Positions 9,316 to 18,942 of a stretch of 64,000 nucleotides of DNA are shown here, piece after piece. Location of the stretch: contig SVKD01000006.1 in NCBI GenBank assembly GCA_015068645.1, forward strand, positions 61,265 to 125,264, given 5' to 3'. This stretch comes from Oscillospiraceae bacterium. GTDB lineage: Bacteria; Bacillota; Clostridia; UMGS1840. Numbering within the stretch: position 1 is the first letter of the stretch; every line of letters begins with the position of its first letter. A program made the position numbers and the translations under genes. The notes under the pieces were generated by a model. That model saw only the letters and a list, made by a program, of their open reading frames with translations, searched no databases and was not told where the DNA came from.

Positions 9316-10263
9316 ATGGGTACTTCCAAGAAAAAAATCACAATTGTAGGAGCAGGTTTTGTAGGTGCTTCTATTGCATATACCATTGCTGCCAGAAACC
9401 TTGCGCATGAAATGGTTTTAATTGATGTAAATAAAGAAAAAGCATATGGAGAAGCGCTGGATATTTCTCATGCTTGTCCTGTATTCGGTTCCATGAAAAT
9501 CACCGCAGGTGACTATGAAAACGTGAAAGACAGCGATGTTATTATTATCACTGCAGGTGTAAACAGAAAACCCGGTGAAACCAGAATGGATTTAGCTTGC
9601 AAAAATGTTTCCATTATGAAATCTATTGTTGGTGACATTATGAAACACTATAATGGCGGCATTTTTGTTATCGTTTCCAATCCTGTTGACGTGTTAACCA
9701 CCTTAGTTCAGAAATGGACCGGTCTGCCCGCAGGTAAAGTTATCGGTTCCGGTACTTACTTAGATACCATCCGTCTGCAGCAGAAGCTGTATGATTTATT
9801 TGATATGAACGTGAAAAATATTCACGCAATGATGATCGGTGAACACGGTGAAACCCAGTTCCCTTACTGGAGCCACGCTACCATCGCCGGCGAACTGCTT
9901 GTAAATTTAGATACCATTCACGGTCATCCCTTAACTGAAGAAGAAAAAGCTCAGATTAAAGAAGAAGTGAAATTAGGTGGTGCAGCAATCATCAAAAACA
10001 AAGGTGCTACCTATTTTGGCGTTGCAAGTGCAGTAAGTGATATTACCGATGCAATCTTAAATGGTAAAGACAGAGTGCTTCCTGTAAGTATCAACAAAGA
10101 AGAAATTTACGGTTTCACCAATGTTGCAGTAAGTATGCCCAGAATCGTAAGCAGCGAAGGTGTTGAATTGGATATTCCCGTAGTTCTTTCTCCCGAAGAA
10201 GAAGAACTGATGAAGAAATCTGTGGAAAATGTATATAACATTACCAAAGAATTTTTAGACTAA
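9316..10263 (+). CDS. ldh: L-lactate dehydrogenase
   Basis: Rossmann motif IVGAGFVGAS and catalytic region IGEHGET. 315 aa. Confidence 0.95.
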   Translation: MGTSKKKITIVGAGFVGASIAYTIAARNLAHEMVLIDVNKEKAYGEALDISHACPVFGSMKITAGDYENVKDSDVIIITAGVNRKPGETRMDLACKNVSIMKSIVGDIMKHYNGGIFVIVSNPVDVLTTLVQKWTGLPAGKVIGSGTYLDTIRLQQKLYDLFDMNVKNIHAMMIGEHGETQFPYWSHATIAGELLVNLDTIHGHPLTEEEKAQIKEEVKLGGAAIIKNKGATYFGVASAVSDITDAILNGKDRVLPVSINKEEIYGFTNVAVSMPRIVSSEGVELDIPVVLSPEEEELMKKSVENVYNITKEFLD

Positions 10264-10303
10264 GACTCGATAAAATTGTCCATAACGGATGAATCTCGCC
10301 CTC

Positions 10304-10425
10304 GACGTACACTCGGTACGCCTTCGGGTGCCATCAAAGCAGAGCTTTGACTCGATTTCTCCGTTCTGAACCAATTTTCTCGTCGTCTGAAACAGGAAAG
10401 TCAAGACTGCAAAAGGCATAGGATT
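10304..10425 (+). repeat. 122-nt structured intergenic repeat, copy 1 (contains GTACGCCTTCGG and the hairpin TCAAAG-CAGAG-CTTTGA)
   Basis: Identical to 10611..10732 except for 1 mismatch. Lies between the ldh stop and a terminator. Confidence 0.9.
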
Positions 10426-10446
10426 TATTCTATGCCTTTTTTGTTT
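10413..10446 (+). terminator. Intrinsic terminator after ldh and repeat copy 1
   Basis: Stem GGCATAGGA / TCTATGCC followed by a T-run. Confidence 0.7.
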
Positions 10447-10497
10447 TTATAAGGTGAAAATTGTTTGCAACAATTTTGATTAGAATGCCCTTTGCTA

Positions 10498-10578
10498 TCC
10501 GCAAACCTCACCGCTCGGCGTACCGTTATGCTGTACGCAGTACTACGCCTTCGGGTAACCCTTTGGTTCGGTTTGCGA
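10498..10578 (+). repeat. Hairpin member of the same repeat family (CGCAAACC ... TACGCCTTCGG ... GGTTTGCG)
   Basis: Terminal 8-bp complementarity CGCAAACC/GGTTTGCG. Shares GCAAACCTCA, TACGCCTTCGG and GGTTCGGTTTG with 37672..37740. Confidence 0.7.
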
Positions 10579-10610
10579 ATTCTAAGTCCTTTTCTCATCG
10601 TCTTTCGGGA

Positions 10611-10732
10611 GACGTACACTCGGTACGCCTTCGGGTGCCATCAAAGCAGAGCTTTGACTCGATTTCTCCGTTCTGAATCAATTTTCTCGTCGTCTGAAAC
10701 AGGAAAGTCAAGACTGCAAAAGGCATAGGATT
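10611..10732 (+). repeat. 122-nt structured intergenic repeat, copy 2
   Basis: Direct repeat of 10304..10425, offset by 307 nt. Confidence 0.9.
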
Positions 10733-10760
10733 CCGTTTGAATATCCTATGCCTTTTTTGT
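10720..10760. terminator. Intrinsic terminator after repeat copy 2, facing the convergent lipoprotein gene
   Basis: Stem AAGGCATAGGAT / ATCCTATGCCTT followed by a T-run. Confidence 0.7.
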
Positions 10761-10774
10761 TTATCAATATAAAA

Positions 10775-11428
10775 TTATCTGTTAAATTTTACCCAATCTT
10801 CTAAGGTAGAATATGTAATGATTACGCTGTTTCTTTGGGAAGGATTGCTGCAATCTATACTTACTGTGTAGACTGCTTCACATTCTTCATTCCATTTGTT
10901 CGACATCAGGTTCATAACTTCTTGCGATGTCATTTGATGCCACTGTTCGTCAATTTTGTACCAGGCGATGACAAGATCCGCCCATTCAGCACCTTTTGTG
11001 AACTCGTCTATGTTTTTAATATCAAATTCGTAAAAATGGCTCATGTTCAATTTCCATACTTGTACGACAGAATTTTGCGCTTGAATGTCATAAGCATCAA
11101 CAAAATCTTCGATGGATGATTGCAATGTTAAATTTCTGGGCAGAGTGTAAGAACCGGTGGTTCGGTCTTTAGAATATGAAGAGCTTAATTTGAATACTAC
11201 TGACTGGTTCTGCGTAAAGCCGTAGTAATATCCGAAATTCATAGGGATTTCTTGTTGATTGTTTTCAATGTAAATAAAGTCTTGATCTGTTAATTGACTA
11301 GACTCTGATTCTGATGTTGTTTTTGTAGAAACTGGCGGGATGGTTGTGTTGGCAGGGGGAACGTTTTTAGAGCAAGCTGAAAGAGCCAACAATGATATTG
11401 TTAACAATATTAAGAGAGATTTTTTCAT
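10775..11428 (-). CDS. Putative lipoprotein of unknown function
   Basis: Start at the internal MKKSLLILLTISLLALSAC (lipobox LSAC), 9 nt after AAGGAG, abutting the stop of the upstream small gene. Confidence 0.6.
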   Translation of the reverse strand: MKKSLLILLTISLLALSACSKNVPPANTTIPPVSTKTTSESESSQLTDQDFIYIENNQQEIPMNFGYYYGFTQNQSVVFKLSSSYSKDRTTGSYTLPRNLTLQSSIEDFVDAYDIQAQNSVVQVWKLNMSHFYEFDIKNIDEFTKGAEWADLVIAWYKIDEQWHQMTSQEVMNLMSNKWNEECEAVYTVSIDCSNPSQRNSVIITYSTLEDWVKFNR

Positions 11429-11429
11429 A

Positions 11430-11648
11430 TTAATGTTTCTCCTTTTTTCTCTTGTAGGGATTGATTTTCTCAGGCTTCTTTTTCTCATTCTTGTTTTCTT
11501 TTTTGGTCACGGTAATCATAGAACTGACCGCAAGTAAAATTCCTAAGGTGAACATCGCTGCTCCATTTGCGGTGCCCAGCTGATTGGCGAAAGCACCGAT
11601 TAAGACGCCACCAACGGCAAGAAGCAAAATTCGCAATGTTTTGTTCAT
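11430..11648 (-). CDS. Small 2-TM membrane protein with a lysine-rich tail
   Basis: 72 aa, two hydrophobic helices, C-terminal KKENKNEKKKPEKINPYKRKKEKH. Tightly packed between the regulator and lipoprotein genes. Confidence 0.5.
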   Translation of the reverse strand: MNKTLRILLLAVGGVLIGAFANQLGTANGAAMFTLGILLAVSSMITVTKKENKNEKKKPEKINPYKRKKEKH

Positions 11649-11658
11649 GGTATCCTCC

Positions 11659-12036
11659 TTAATCCGGGCAGTTATGTTTTTCTAAAAATTCTTTGATTTT
11701 TTCAAAACTTTCCTGGCTTAAATCGTGCTCGATTTTGCAACTGTCTTCGTAAGCGGTTTCCTTGGATACGCCAAGAGCCATCAATGCTTTGGCAAGTACG
11801 TGGTGCCGTTCATACATGTTATCGGCAACTTGCATACCTTGTTCTGTTAAGGTAATATTTCCAAGTTCATCCACCACCAAAAAACCTTCTTCTCGCAGGT
11901 TTTTCATTGCTACGGATACGCTGGGCTTGGATACATTTAAATGATGAGCCACATCAATGCTTCTGACGTTTCCCAATTCTTTTTTTAGGATTAAAACGGC
12001 TTCTAAATAATTTTCGCCGGATTCTTTTAATTTCAT
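11659..12036 (-). CDS. DtxR/MntR-family metal-dependent transcriptional regulator
   Basis: 125 aa with GENYLEAV, a winged HTH (SKPSVSVAMKNLREEGF) and ERHHVL. Confidence 0.85.
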   Translation of the reverse strand: MKLKESGENYLEAVLILKKELGNVRSIDVAHHLNVSKPSVSVAMKNLREEGFLVVDELGNITLTEQGMQVADNMYERHHVLAKALMALGVSKETAYEDSCKIEHDLSQESFEKIKEFLEKHNCPD

Positions 12037-12088
12037 TTTAAAAACCTCCGATTTTTTTGGGGGGATTGTTTGCTAAAATAGCAAAAAA

Positions 12089-12421
12089 CTAAAAAATACA
12101 TTGAACCAGTATCATATAAAATACGGTTCCACCACCAACGCTGAATAAAATATTCCGCTTCCACAGATGTACGGCGGTGATGGCTAATAGTGCTATTGCT
12201 TCGGGAAGTCCGTGAGACCATTGTAAAATAGAAACATCCTTTAAACAATATACCAACAGCATTCCGATGGTTGCATAGGGGAGCATCTTGCCTAAGTAGA
12301 GAATAAATTTGGGCGTTTTTTTATGGGGCGGAAACAGTAAAAATGGTAAAGCTCTGGTCAAAAAGGTGGCAACTGCCGATACCCCAATGATAAGCAGTGC
12401 CTGATGGATTGGAAGTGTCAT
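12089..12421 (-). CDS. azlD: Branched-chain amino acid transport protein AzlD
   Basis: About 110 aa with 3-4 TM helices. Start at MTLPIH overlaps the azlC stop (ATGA). Confidence 0.75.
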   Translation of the reverse strand: MTLPIHQALLIIGVSAVATFLTRALPFLLFPPHKKTPKFILYLGKMLPYATIGMLLVYCLKDVSILQWSHGLPEAIALLAITAVHLWKRNILFSVGGGTVFYMILVQCIF

Positions 12422-13107
12422 ACCAGTTTCGCCTCCAATCTTCTTTTTAAGATGCCGGAGCAAATTAAAATCAAGCTCATAGCAGGAAGTAAAAATCCTT
12501 CAGAACCCACAATCAGCAGACAAATAACAGAGATTCCGATTCCAACAAACTGGGGAATATGAGTTTTCGAATCTTTCCATTGGTCTAAGAAAATCACCAT
12601 AAATAAGGCGGTCATTACAAAGTCAATCCCTTTGGAATTAAAGGGGATGGTGGAGCCGATAATATTTCCCAACACACAGCTTACAATCCAGTAAATATGG
12701 TCTAAAAAACCGATGGAGCAGTAAAACTGATGCTCGTCTACATCTTTTGGGGCTTTGATACCGCAGAGCAGGGAATAGGTTTCATCGGTTAAGGAAAACA
12801 TCATATAAAACCGTTTTTTTTCTGCTTTTTTAAACCGTTCCAACAAGGATAAGCCGTAAAACAAATGGCGAAGGTTTACCATCAGCGTTACGAAAAAAGC
12901 GTTCCATAAGTCAAAAGGTGAGGTTAAAAAGCCAATCGCCACAAACTGACCGCTTCCTGCATACATACTCACGCTCATAATGAGTGCCCAAATAGGTCCG
13001 TAGCCTTTGCTGCTTAACAGGATGCCAAAGGCAGAGCCTAAAAATAAGTAGCCAAGCATGACGGGAATTGTATAGGGAAATGCTTTTTTTAAGGACTTGA
13101 GATTCAT
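12418..13107 (-). CDS. azlC: AzlC-family branched-chain amino acid permease subunit
   Basis: 229 aa, multi-TM, with AzlC-typical GSGQF and NLRHLFYG motifs. Confidence 0.8.
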   Translation of the reverse strand: MNLKSLKKAFPYTIPVMLGYLFLGSAFGILLSSKGYGPIWALIMSVSMYAGSGQFVAIGFLTSPFDLWNAFFVTLMVNLRHLFYGLSLLERFKKAEKKRFYMMFSLTDETYSLLCGIKAPKDVDEHQFYCSIGFLDHIYWIVSCVLGNIIGSTIPFNSKGIDFVMTALFMVIFLDQWKDSKTHIPQFVGIGISVICLLIVGSEGFLLPAMSLILICSGILKRRLEAKLV

Positions 13108-13111
13108 AAAT

Positions 13112-14386
13112 TTAGATTTCTTTCTGAGATAATTTCTGTACTGCGTTTAATTTTTCTACATCCATTGTGGGATAGGTGCCGTCTTTGTATAACACTTTGC
13201 CGTCCACCATGGTAAGGCATACGTCTGTTCCTGATGCGGAATATACTAAGTTGTTGGTCAGATTGTGAACGGGTTTCCAGTAGGGAGCGTCCATATCTAA
13301 CACAATTAAATCGGCGCGGTTGCCTACCTTTAATGCACCTGTGTCGCTACGTCCCTGAGCAATAGCGCCTGCTTTGGTTGCGGCATAGATTGCTTCTTTG
13401 GGGGTGATAATAGCAGGATCATTTGAGCGCACTTTCTGAAGCAGGGCAAAGAGCTTGATTTCTTCTATCATGTTTAAAGAGTTGTTGCTGGCCACGCTGT
13501 CGGTACCGATACCCACGTTGATGCCGTAATCAAATAAGGTTTTCACGTCACAGATACCGCTTGCCAGTTTTAAATTGGAAGCAGGGCAACTTGCCACGGA
13601 TACGCCTTTTTCTTTCATAATGGCAAAATCGTCTCCCGAAAGATGCACACAGTGCGCCGCCAATACGGGAGAATCCAGCACGCCCAGATGATTGAAATAT
13701 TCAATGGGAGTCATACCGTTATGACGTGCCATGCATTCTTTGTGTTCTTTTTCCGTTTCGGAAATGTGAATATGAATGGGCAGATGTTCTGTTTTTGCGT
13801 GTTCGGAAATTTCACGGATGGTGCGTTCGGTGTTGGTGTATTCCCCGTGAATGGAAAAATCAATTTTGATTTGTCCGTCGTTTTTATTATGATAATTTCT
13901 TACTAAGATTTTGTTTTCTTCATAAGCGGGCAAATCGTGATAGCTTGCATCGGAAAAGCAGGTGATACCACGGCTTAAATTGCATTTTACGCCCACTTCC
14001 AAGAATGCTTTTAGCATATCTTCGCAAAAGTAATACATATCACTGGTGGACACAATTCCAAACCGAAGCATTTCTGCAATCCCAAGCAAGGTGCCCACAT
14101 AAATATCTTCGGAGGTCAGTTTATCTTCATAAGGGAAGATTTTTTTGTTGAGCCAGTCGTCTAAGGACAGATTTTCACCGTACCCTCTCATGAAGGTCAT
14201 AGGAGTATGAGAGTGCAGATTGAAAAAACCTGTCATCAGAAGCTTATTTTTGCCGTTATAACGTTCTTCCTTGGTTTCGGGACAGGTATCTCCTATGTAG
14301 GTGATTTTATTCCCTTCGGTTAACACATACTGATGCTCTTTTACTTCTAAATTTTCATCTAAAATCGTGATATCATAAAATAACAT
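13112..14386 (-). CDS. mtaD: 5-methylthioadenosine/S-adenosylhomocysteine deaminase (amidohydrolase superfamily)
   Basis: HSHTPM metal-binding HxH, HISET and GTDS motifs. 424 aa. Confidence 0.8.
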   Translation of the reverse strand: MLFYDITILDENLEVKEHQYVLTEGNKITYIGDTCPETKEERYNGKNKLLMTGFFNLHSHTPMTFMRGYGENLSLDDWLNKKIFPYEDKLTSEDIYVGTLLGIAEMLRFGIVSTSDMYYFCEDMLKAFLEVGVKCNLSRGITCFSDASYHDLPAYEENKILVRNYHNKNDGQIKIDFSIHGEYTNTERTIREISEHAKTEHLPIHIHISETEKEHKECMARHNGMTPIEYFNHLGVLDSPVLAAHCVHLSGDDFAIMKEKGVSVASCPASNLKLASGICDVKTLFDYGINVGIGTDSVASNNSLNMIEEIKLFALLQKVRSNDPAIITPKEAIYAATKAGAIAQGRSDTGALKVGNRADLIVLDMDAPYWKPVHNLTNNLVYSASGTDVCLTMVDGKVLYKDGTYPTMDVEKLNAVQKLSQKEI

Positions 14387-14401
14387 AGCAAAAAATTCCT
14401 T

Positions 14402-15031
14402 TTACAGTTGATAGAAATTACGGTTTACTTCTTCCGCGGTCACGGTAGCATTTGTGGTTTCGGTTAAATCGGCAAGGAATCTTTGGTAGCTTCCTTCTTC
14501 CATATAATACCGCATGGTAATATGGTCTGCATATACTACGTCAATCTTGCGGCAATCGTGTTTTCTTAAAATATGTTCCACGGTGCCGAATAAATGATAG
14601 GGACAATCAATCATAAATTCCACACATTCTGCCATGGTGATGACTTCAGATGCCTGCACGCCCTCGTGGGCAGACTTGGAATAAGCTCGAATCAGTCCGC
14701 CTGCGCCAAGCAAGGTGCCGCCAAAATAACGAACCACAATGGATAAAGTATCGGTGATTTCTCCTTTGGATAACACTTCCAAAACGGGAACGCCTGCCGT
14801 ACCTTGAGGCTCTCCGTCATCGGAAAAGCGCTGAATCTGATTGTTGCGGATGCGGTATGCAAACACCACGTGGGTGGCATCGTAATATTTTTTGCGAGCC
14901 GCTTCCAAGTGGGAGAGGGCTTCTTCTTCGCTTGTCACAGGATAAGTCAGCGAAATAAAACGGGATTTTTTTTCGATAATTTCACATTCGCTGGCTTTTA
15001 AAACGGTTTTATAACTGCTCATACTGGGCAA
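14402..15031 (-). CDS. yigZ: YigZ/IMPACT-family protein
   Basis: EKKSRFI, DDGEPxGTAG and VVVRYFGGTLLGAGGL motifs. Confidence 0.85.
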   Translation of the reverse strand: MPSMSSYKTVLKASECEIIEKKSRFISLTYPVTSEEEALSHLEAARKKYYDATHVVFAYRIRNNQIQRFSDDGEPQGTAGVPVLEVLSKGEITDTLSIVVRYFGGTLLGAGGLIRAYSKSAHEGVQASEVITMAECVEFMIDCPYHLFGTVEHILRKHDCRKIDVVYADHITMRYYMEEGSYQRFLADLTETTNATVTAEEVNRNFYQL

Positions 15032-16259
15032 TCAGCTCCTCTTTTCCGTAAACGGTAAGTTCTTGGTATTCGTTTTCGTATCTGGTGTCCAACACTTTTA
15101 ACTGGTCGTGAATTCTTGCTACCAGATAGGATTTATCATAGGGAATCCGAATCACTCTTTCCACCTCGGTGGTACGAGTTAATTCGGTAATTTTTTGCAG
15201 TAATTCGTCAACATGGTAACCTGTTTTGGCAGATACCATAATACTATCTTTTTCCGAAATAAATTCTTCGGTTAAGTTGTCAGCTTTATTATATACTGAA
15301 AGAATGGGTTTTGCTTCGGCACCCAAATCCTTTAGAAGATTTTCCACAGTCTTTTTGTGATTGGGTAAGTTTTCATCAGTAGCATCCATCACGTGCAACA
15401 GTAAATCCGCTTCGCAACATACTTCCAATGTGGATTTAAACGCTTCCACTAAGTGATGGGGAAGTTTTCGGATAAACCCAACCGTGTCTGTCAACACTGC
15501 CTGACGGTCATCAGCTAAAGTGAGTTTTTTTGATAAGGGGTCCAAGGTTGCAAACACCATATCTTCCACATACTGCTCGCTTCCTGTTAAAGCATTTAAT
15601 AGCGAAGATTTTCCTGCATTGGTATAACCAACCAGAGCAATGTTTACCACTTCGTTTTTGGCACGCTGTTTTCGTTGGGTTTCACGGTTTTTTTCAATTT
15701 CTTTTAATTCTCGGCGTAAATTTGCAATTCTTTCACGGATGTGCCGTTTATCGGTTTCCAGCTGAGTTTCCCCGGGACCACGGGTACCGATACCACCTCC
15801 CAAACGGGAGAGGGAAGTACCGATGCCGGAAAGTCTGGGCAGATGATACAGAAGCTGTGCCAATTCTACCTGACATTTCCCTTCACGGGTGGTGGCACGC
15901 AGGGCAAAAATATCTAATATTAAGCGGGAACGGTCGATGACACGAACCTTCAATTCTTCTTCAATATTTCTGGTATGGGAGCCGGAAAGTTCACAGTCAA
16001 ACACTACCAGATTGGCATCCAGCTCTTCCACGGCATTTTTTAATTCTTCAATTTTCCCTTTTCCCAAAACGGTACGGCTGTCGGGAGCTTCACGATTCTG
16101 GGTGATTTCTCCCACCACTTCGGCGCCGGAGGCTTCACAGAGTGCTTTTAGTTCTTCTAAGGATTCCGGGTCGGAGTCTTCTAATTTCCCGGTTCCTAAA
16201 AACACACCGCATACAATACATTTTTCCGTTTTTACAAATTCATCAATTGGTCTTTCCAT
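15009..16259 (-). CDS. hflX: GTPase HflX
   Basis: G1 GYTNAGKSSLLN, G3 DTVGF, G4 NKAD, and an N-terminal HflX domain. Confidence 0.95.
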   Translation of the reverse strand: MERPIDEFVKTEKCIVCGVFLGTGKLEDSDPESLEELKALCEASGAEVVGEITQNREAPDSRTVLGKGKIEELKNAVEELDANLVVFDCELSGSHTRNIEEELKVRVIDRSRLILDIFALRATTREGKCQVELAQLLYHLPRLSGIGTSLSRLGGGIGTRGPGETQLETDKRHIRERIANLRRELKEIEKNRETQRKQRAKNEVVNIALVGYTNAGKSSLLNALTGSEQYVEDMVFATLDPLSKKLTLADDRQAVLTDTVGFIRKLPHHLVEAFKSTLEVCCEADLLLHVMDATDENLPNHKKTVENLLKDLGAEAKPILSVYNKADNLTEEFISEKDSIMVSAKTGYHVDELLQKITELTRTTEVERVIRIPYDKSYLVARIHDQLKVLDTRYENEYQELTVYGKEELIAQYEQL

Positions 16260-17075
16260 TTAAATCGTTCCTTTATCCAGCATTTCTACCACGGCTTTGA
16301 TCACGTGTTCTTCGCAGGTGACAGGCAACACCACATCTGCCAGTTCTTTTAATCCCTGGTTTGCATTAGCAACGGCAATTCCGCAACCTGCAACGGCAAG
16401 CATTTCTTTATCATTCATATTATCTCCCACCGCATAACATTTATCAGGAGATATTTTTAATATATTCAGCAATTCGCTTAAGGCAGAACCTTTATGAACT
16501 CCGTGAGGCAACAGTTCAAAATAATGCTCTTCACTTCTTACAAAACTGTACTGGGGATAAAGGGGTGGAATTACTTTTTCTAACATATCGATTTCATCGG
16601 TTTCTGCCGCCATTAAGACTTTGCACCAGTCAGGCGTTTCTTCTAAAGAGTGCCACTCAATTTTATTATCGGGAAAAATTTTTTCGTCGTTGATATGTTT
16701 TCTCACATAGGGATTGTCGGTGAAAAATAAAATTTCCTCGGGGATAAATGCTTCAATTCCCAACCATGGAAATTTTTTATGAATGTCGTTGACCACTTCT
16801 TTATAGTTTCCAAAAAGACGTTTGGCATACAAAAATTCATTGGTTGCAGGATTTTTGATAACACCGCCGTTATGGGAAATCACAGGGATATCAGGCGTTA
16901 ATTCATCAAAATAACTTTCTAAGGATTGATACACTCTTCCCGAAGCCACGGTGAACTTTCCGCCGTTTGCTCTAAAATAGCGGATGGCTTCCAAGTTTTC
17001 TTTGGAGATGGTTTTTTCTTCGGTTAAGAGGGTTCCGTCCATATCGGAAACTAAGAGAATTCCGTCAAATTTCAT
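16260..17075 (-). CDS. Cof-type HAD-IIB phosphatase
   Basis: DMDGTLL nucleophile motif and GDNMNDKEM. Start taken at the internal MKFDGILL. Confidence 0.8.
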   Translation of the reverse strand: MKFDGILLVSDMDGTLLTEEKTISKENLEAIRYFRANGGKFTVASGRVYQSLESYFDELTPDIPVISHNGGVIKNPATNEFLYAKRLFGNYKEVVNDIHKKFPWLGIEAFIPEEILFFTDNPYVRKHINDEKIFPDNKIEWHSLEETPDWCKVLMAAETDEIDMLEKVIPPLYPQYSFVRSEEHYFELLPHGVHKGSALSELLNILKISPDKCYAVGDNMNDKEMLAVAGCGIAVANANQGLKELADVVLPVTCEEHVIKAVVEMLDKGTI

Positions 17076-17365
17076 AGGCGCTTTCCTTTCAGGGACTAAA
17101 AATGTACATACATAATTTATTATACACCAATTTTCTTGTAAATTCAAGTTTTTTCTGAAATTACAATGATTTATCTCTCTTTTTTTGTCAAACGGGAGAG
17201 GATTTGTTTTTCTTTCTTGGTTTTGCTTGAGGATTGTTGGTTTGTCTTTGTTTTTGCAGAAAAATGAAGAATTTTTTGGGTTGATTGCAAGGGGATGAGT
17301 GTGTTATAATCAAAAAGAACCTTTTCCTAATGAAAAATATAAACAAAAGAGGAAGGAATACGATT

Positions 17366-17617
17366 ATGCTAATGAAAACAACAGTGACAAAGAAAAATGT
17401 TTGTTATGGGAACAAACGGTATCAACTGACGTATCGCCTTCTTTTGGAAGATGATTCATATTACGGGGTGGAAGTAATCTGCCGACATCAAAATACTGTG
17501 GAAACAGAACGAATTCTCATTGGAAAAAATAAACAGAAAGCTCTTAAGCTTCTTCGCTTGTTTGCGAAAGAGACGGTGTTCCCGGTGGCTTTAAAAGAAA
17601 CTTGGGAAAATTTGTAA
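17366..17617 (+). CDS. Small hypothetical protein (83 aa)
   Basis: ATG at 17366 follows an AGGAAGGA RBS. Followed by a strong terminator. I recognise no family. Confidence 0.4.
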   Translation: MLMKTTVTKKNVCYGNKRYQLTYRLLLEDDSYYGVEVICRHQNTVETERILIGKNKQKALKLLRLFAKETVFPVALKETWENL

Positions 17618-17624
17618 ATCAGTA

Positions 17625-17661
17625 TAAAAAAACAGTCCTCAATCTGAGGACTGTTTTTTTT
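17625..17661. terminator. Bidirectional intrinsic terminator (also ends ftsZ)
   Basis: 9-bp stem CAGTCCTCA / TGAGGACTG with flanking A and T runs. Confidence 0.85.
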
Positions 17662-17670
17662 ATTTGAAAC

Positions 17671-18795
17671 TTAGTTTAAGCCGGTAATCCAATCAGGAAT
17701 ATCTAACACTTCTTCTTTTTTCTTCTTGGGAGTTTCAGTCTGCATAAAGGAAGGAGCGCTTAACGGTTCGGGAGCCGGTTTTTCTACTACTTCTTTTTTA
17801 GCAGCGCCGAACTGAGGAATGTTAAAGTGATCACGGAATACTTCATTGGAAGCAAAACCGGTAGCAATCACGGTAACTTTGATTTCGTCCTTCATATTTT
17901 CGTCGATGACTGCACCGAAGATTAAGTTTGCATCCGGATCCACATGTTCCTGAACGATGGTGGCAGCCTGACTTGCTTCGATTAAGGACATATTCGGTCC
18001 ACCGGTGATGTTTACTAACACACCTTTTGCACCGTCAATGGTGGTTTCCAGTAACGGGCTGGAGATTGCTGCTAAAGCTGCATCTTCTGCCTTGTTGTCG
18101 CCACTTGCCATACCGGAACCCATATGAGCATAACCGGTATTTTTCATAATAGTTTTTACGTCTGCAAAATCACAGTTGATTAAGCCGGGAACTACGATAA
18201 CGTCGGAGATACCCTGCACGCCCTGACGAAGTACATCGTCTGCAATGCGGAAAGAATCCTTTAAGGAAGTGTTTTTATCTACTAAACCTAATAACTTATC
18301 ATTGGGGATGACAATTAAAGCATCCACGTATTCTTTTAAGCCTTCCACGCCTTTTTTTGCAGCGTTGCTTCTTTTCATACCTTCAAAAGCAAAGGGCTTG
18401 GTCACAACACCAACGGTTAAAATGCCCATTTCCTTAGCAACGGAAGCAACTACGGGAGCTGCACCGGTACCGGTTCCACCGCCCATACCTGCAGCAATAA
18501 ATACCATGTCGGCACCCTGAACCACCTGAGCAATTTCTTCTCTGTTTTCTTCAGCAGCTTTTTCGCCGATTTCGGGATTTGCACCTGCACCTAAGCCTTT
18601 GGTGATTTTTTCACCAATTCTTAATTTGGTTTGTGCTTTTGAGTTAAGTAATGCTTGATTATCTGTGTTGATGGCAATAAATTCCACCTTGTCCATATTG
18701 TTGTCAACCATGGTGTTTACAGCGTTGTTACCTGCGCCGCCAACTCCGATTACCTTGATTTTTGCAAAGGTGTCTAATTCGCTATGGTATGCCAT
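17671..18795 (-). CDS. ftsZ: Cell division protein FtsZ
   Basis: Tubulin signature GGGTGTG ([15 protein letters not shown]). 374 aa. Confidence 0.97.
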   Translation of the reverse strand: MAYHSELDTFAKIKVIGVGGAGNNAVNTMVDNNMDKVEFIAINTDNQALLNSKAQTKLRIGEKITKGLGAGANPEIGEKAAEENREEIAQVVQGADMVFIAAGMGGGTGTGAAPVVASVAKEMGILTVGVVTKPFAFEGMKRSNAAKKGVEGLKEYVDALIVIPNDKLLGLVDKNTSLKDSFRIADDVLRQGVQGISDVIVVPGLINCDFADVKTIMKNTGYAHMGSGMASGDNKAEDAALAAISSPLLETTIDGAKGVLVNITGGPNMSLIEASQAATIVQEHVDPDANLIFGAVIDENMKDEIKVTVIATGFASNEVFRDHFNIPQFGAAKKEVVEKPAPEPLSAPSFMQTETPKKKKEEVLDIPDWITGLN

Positions 18796-18942
18796 ATTCC
18801 TAAAACCTCCCTGAAATTTCTATCTAAAGTCTACATTTTTCGTAGATATATGCGCAATTATTCATACTATTCTCATATTATAGCATCTTTTTTTCGAAAA
18901 AGCAAGTCAAATGACGAAAAAAATGTAAAAAAACTGTAATTT

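Noticed and set aside
10304-10732. A CRISPR-like array, suggested by the direct repeats after ldh.
   Set aside because: There are only two copies, the repeat unit is 122 nt, each ends in a terminator, and no cas genes are present. This is not CRISPR architecture.
18796-18942. A degraded ftsA remnant in the gap between sbp and ftsZ.
   Set aside because: The gap is only 147 nt and AT-rich. It contains a TGCTATAAT extended -10 promoter for ftsZ and has no residual reading frame.
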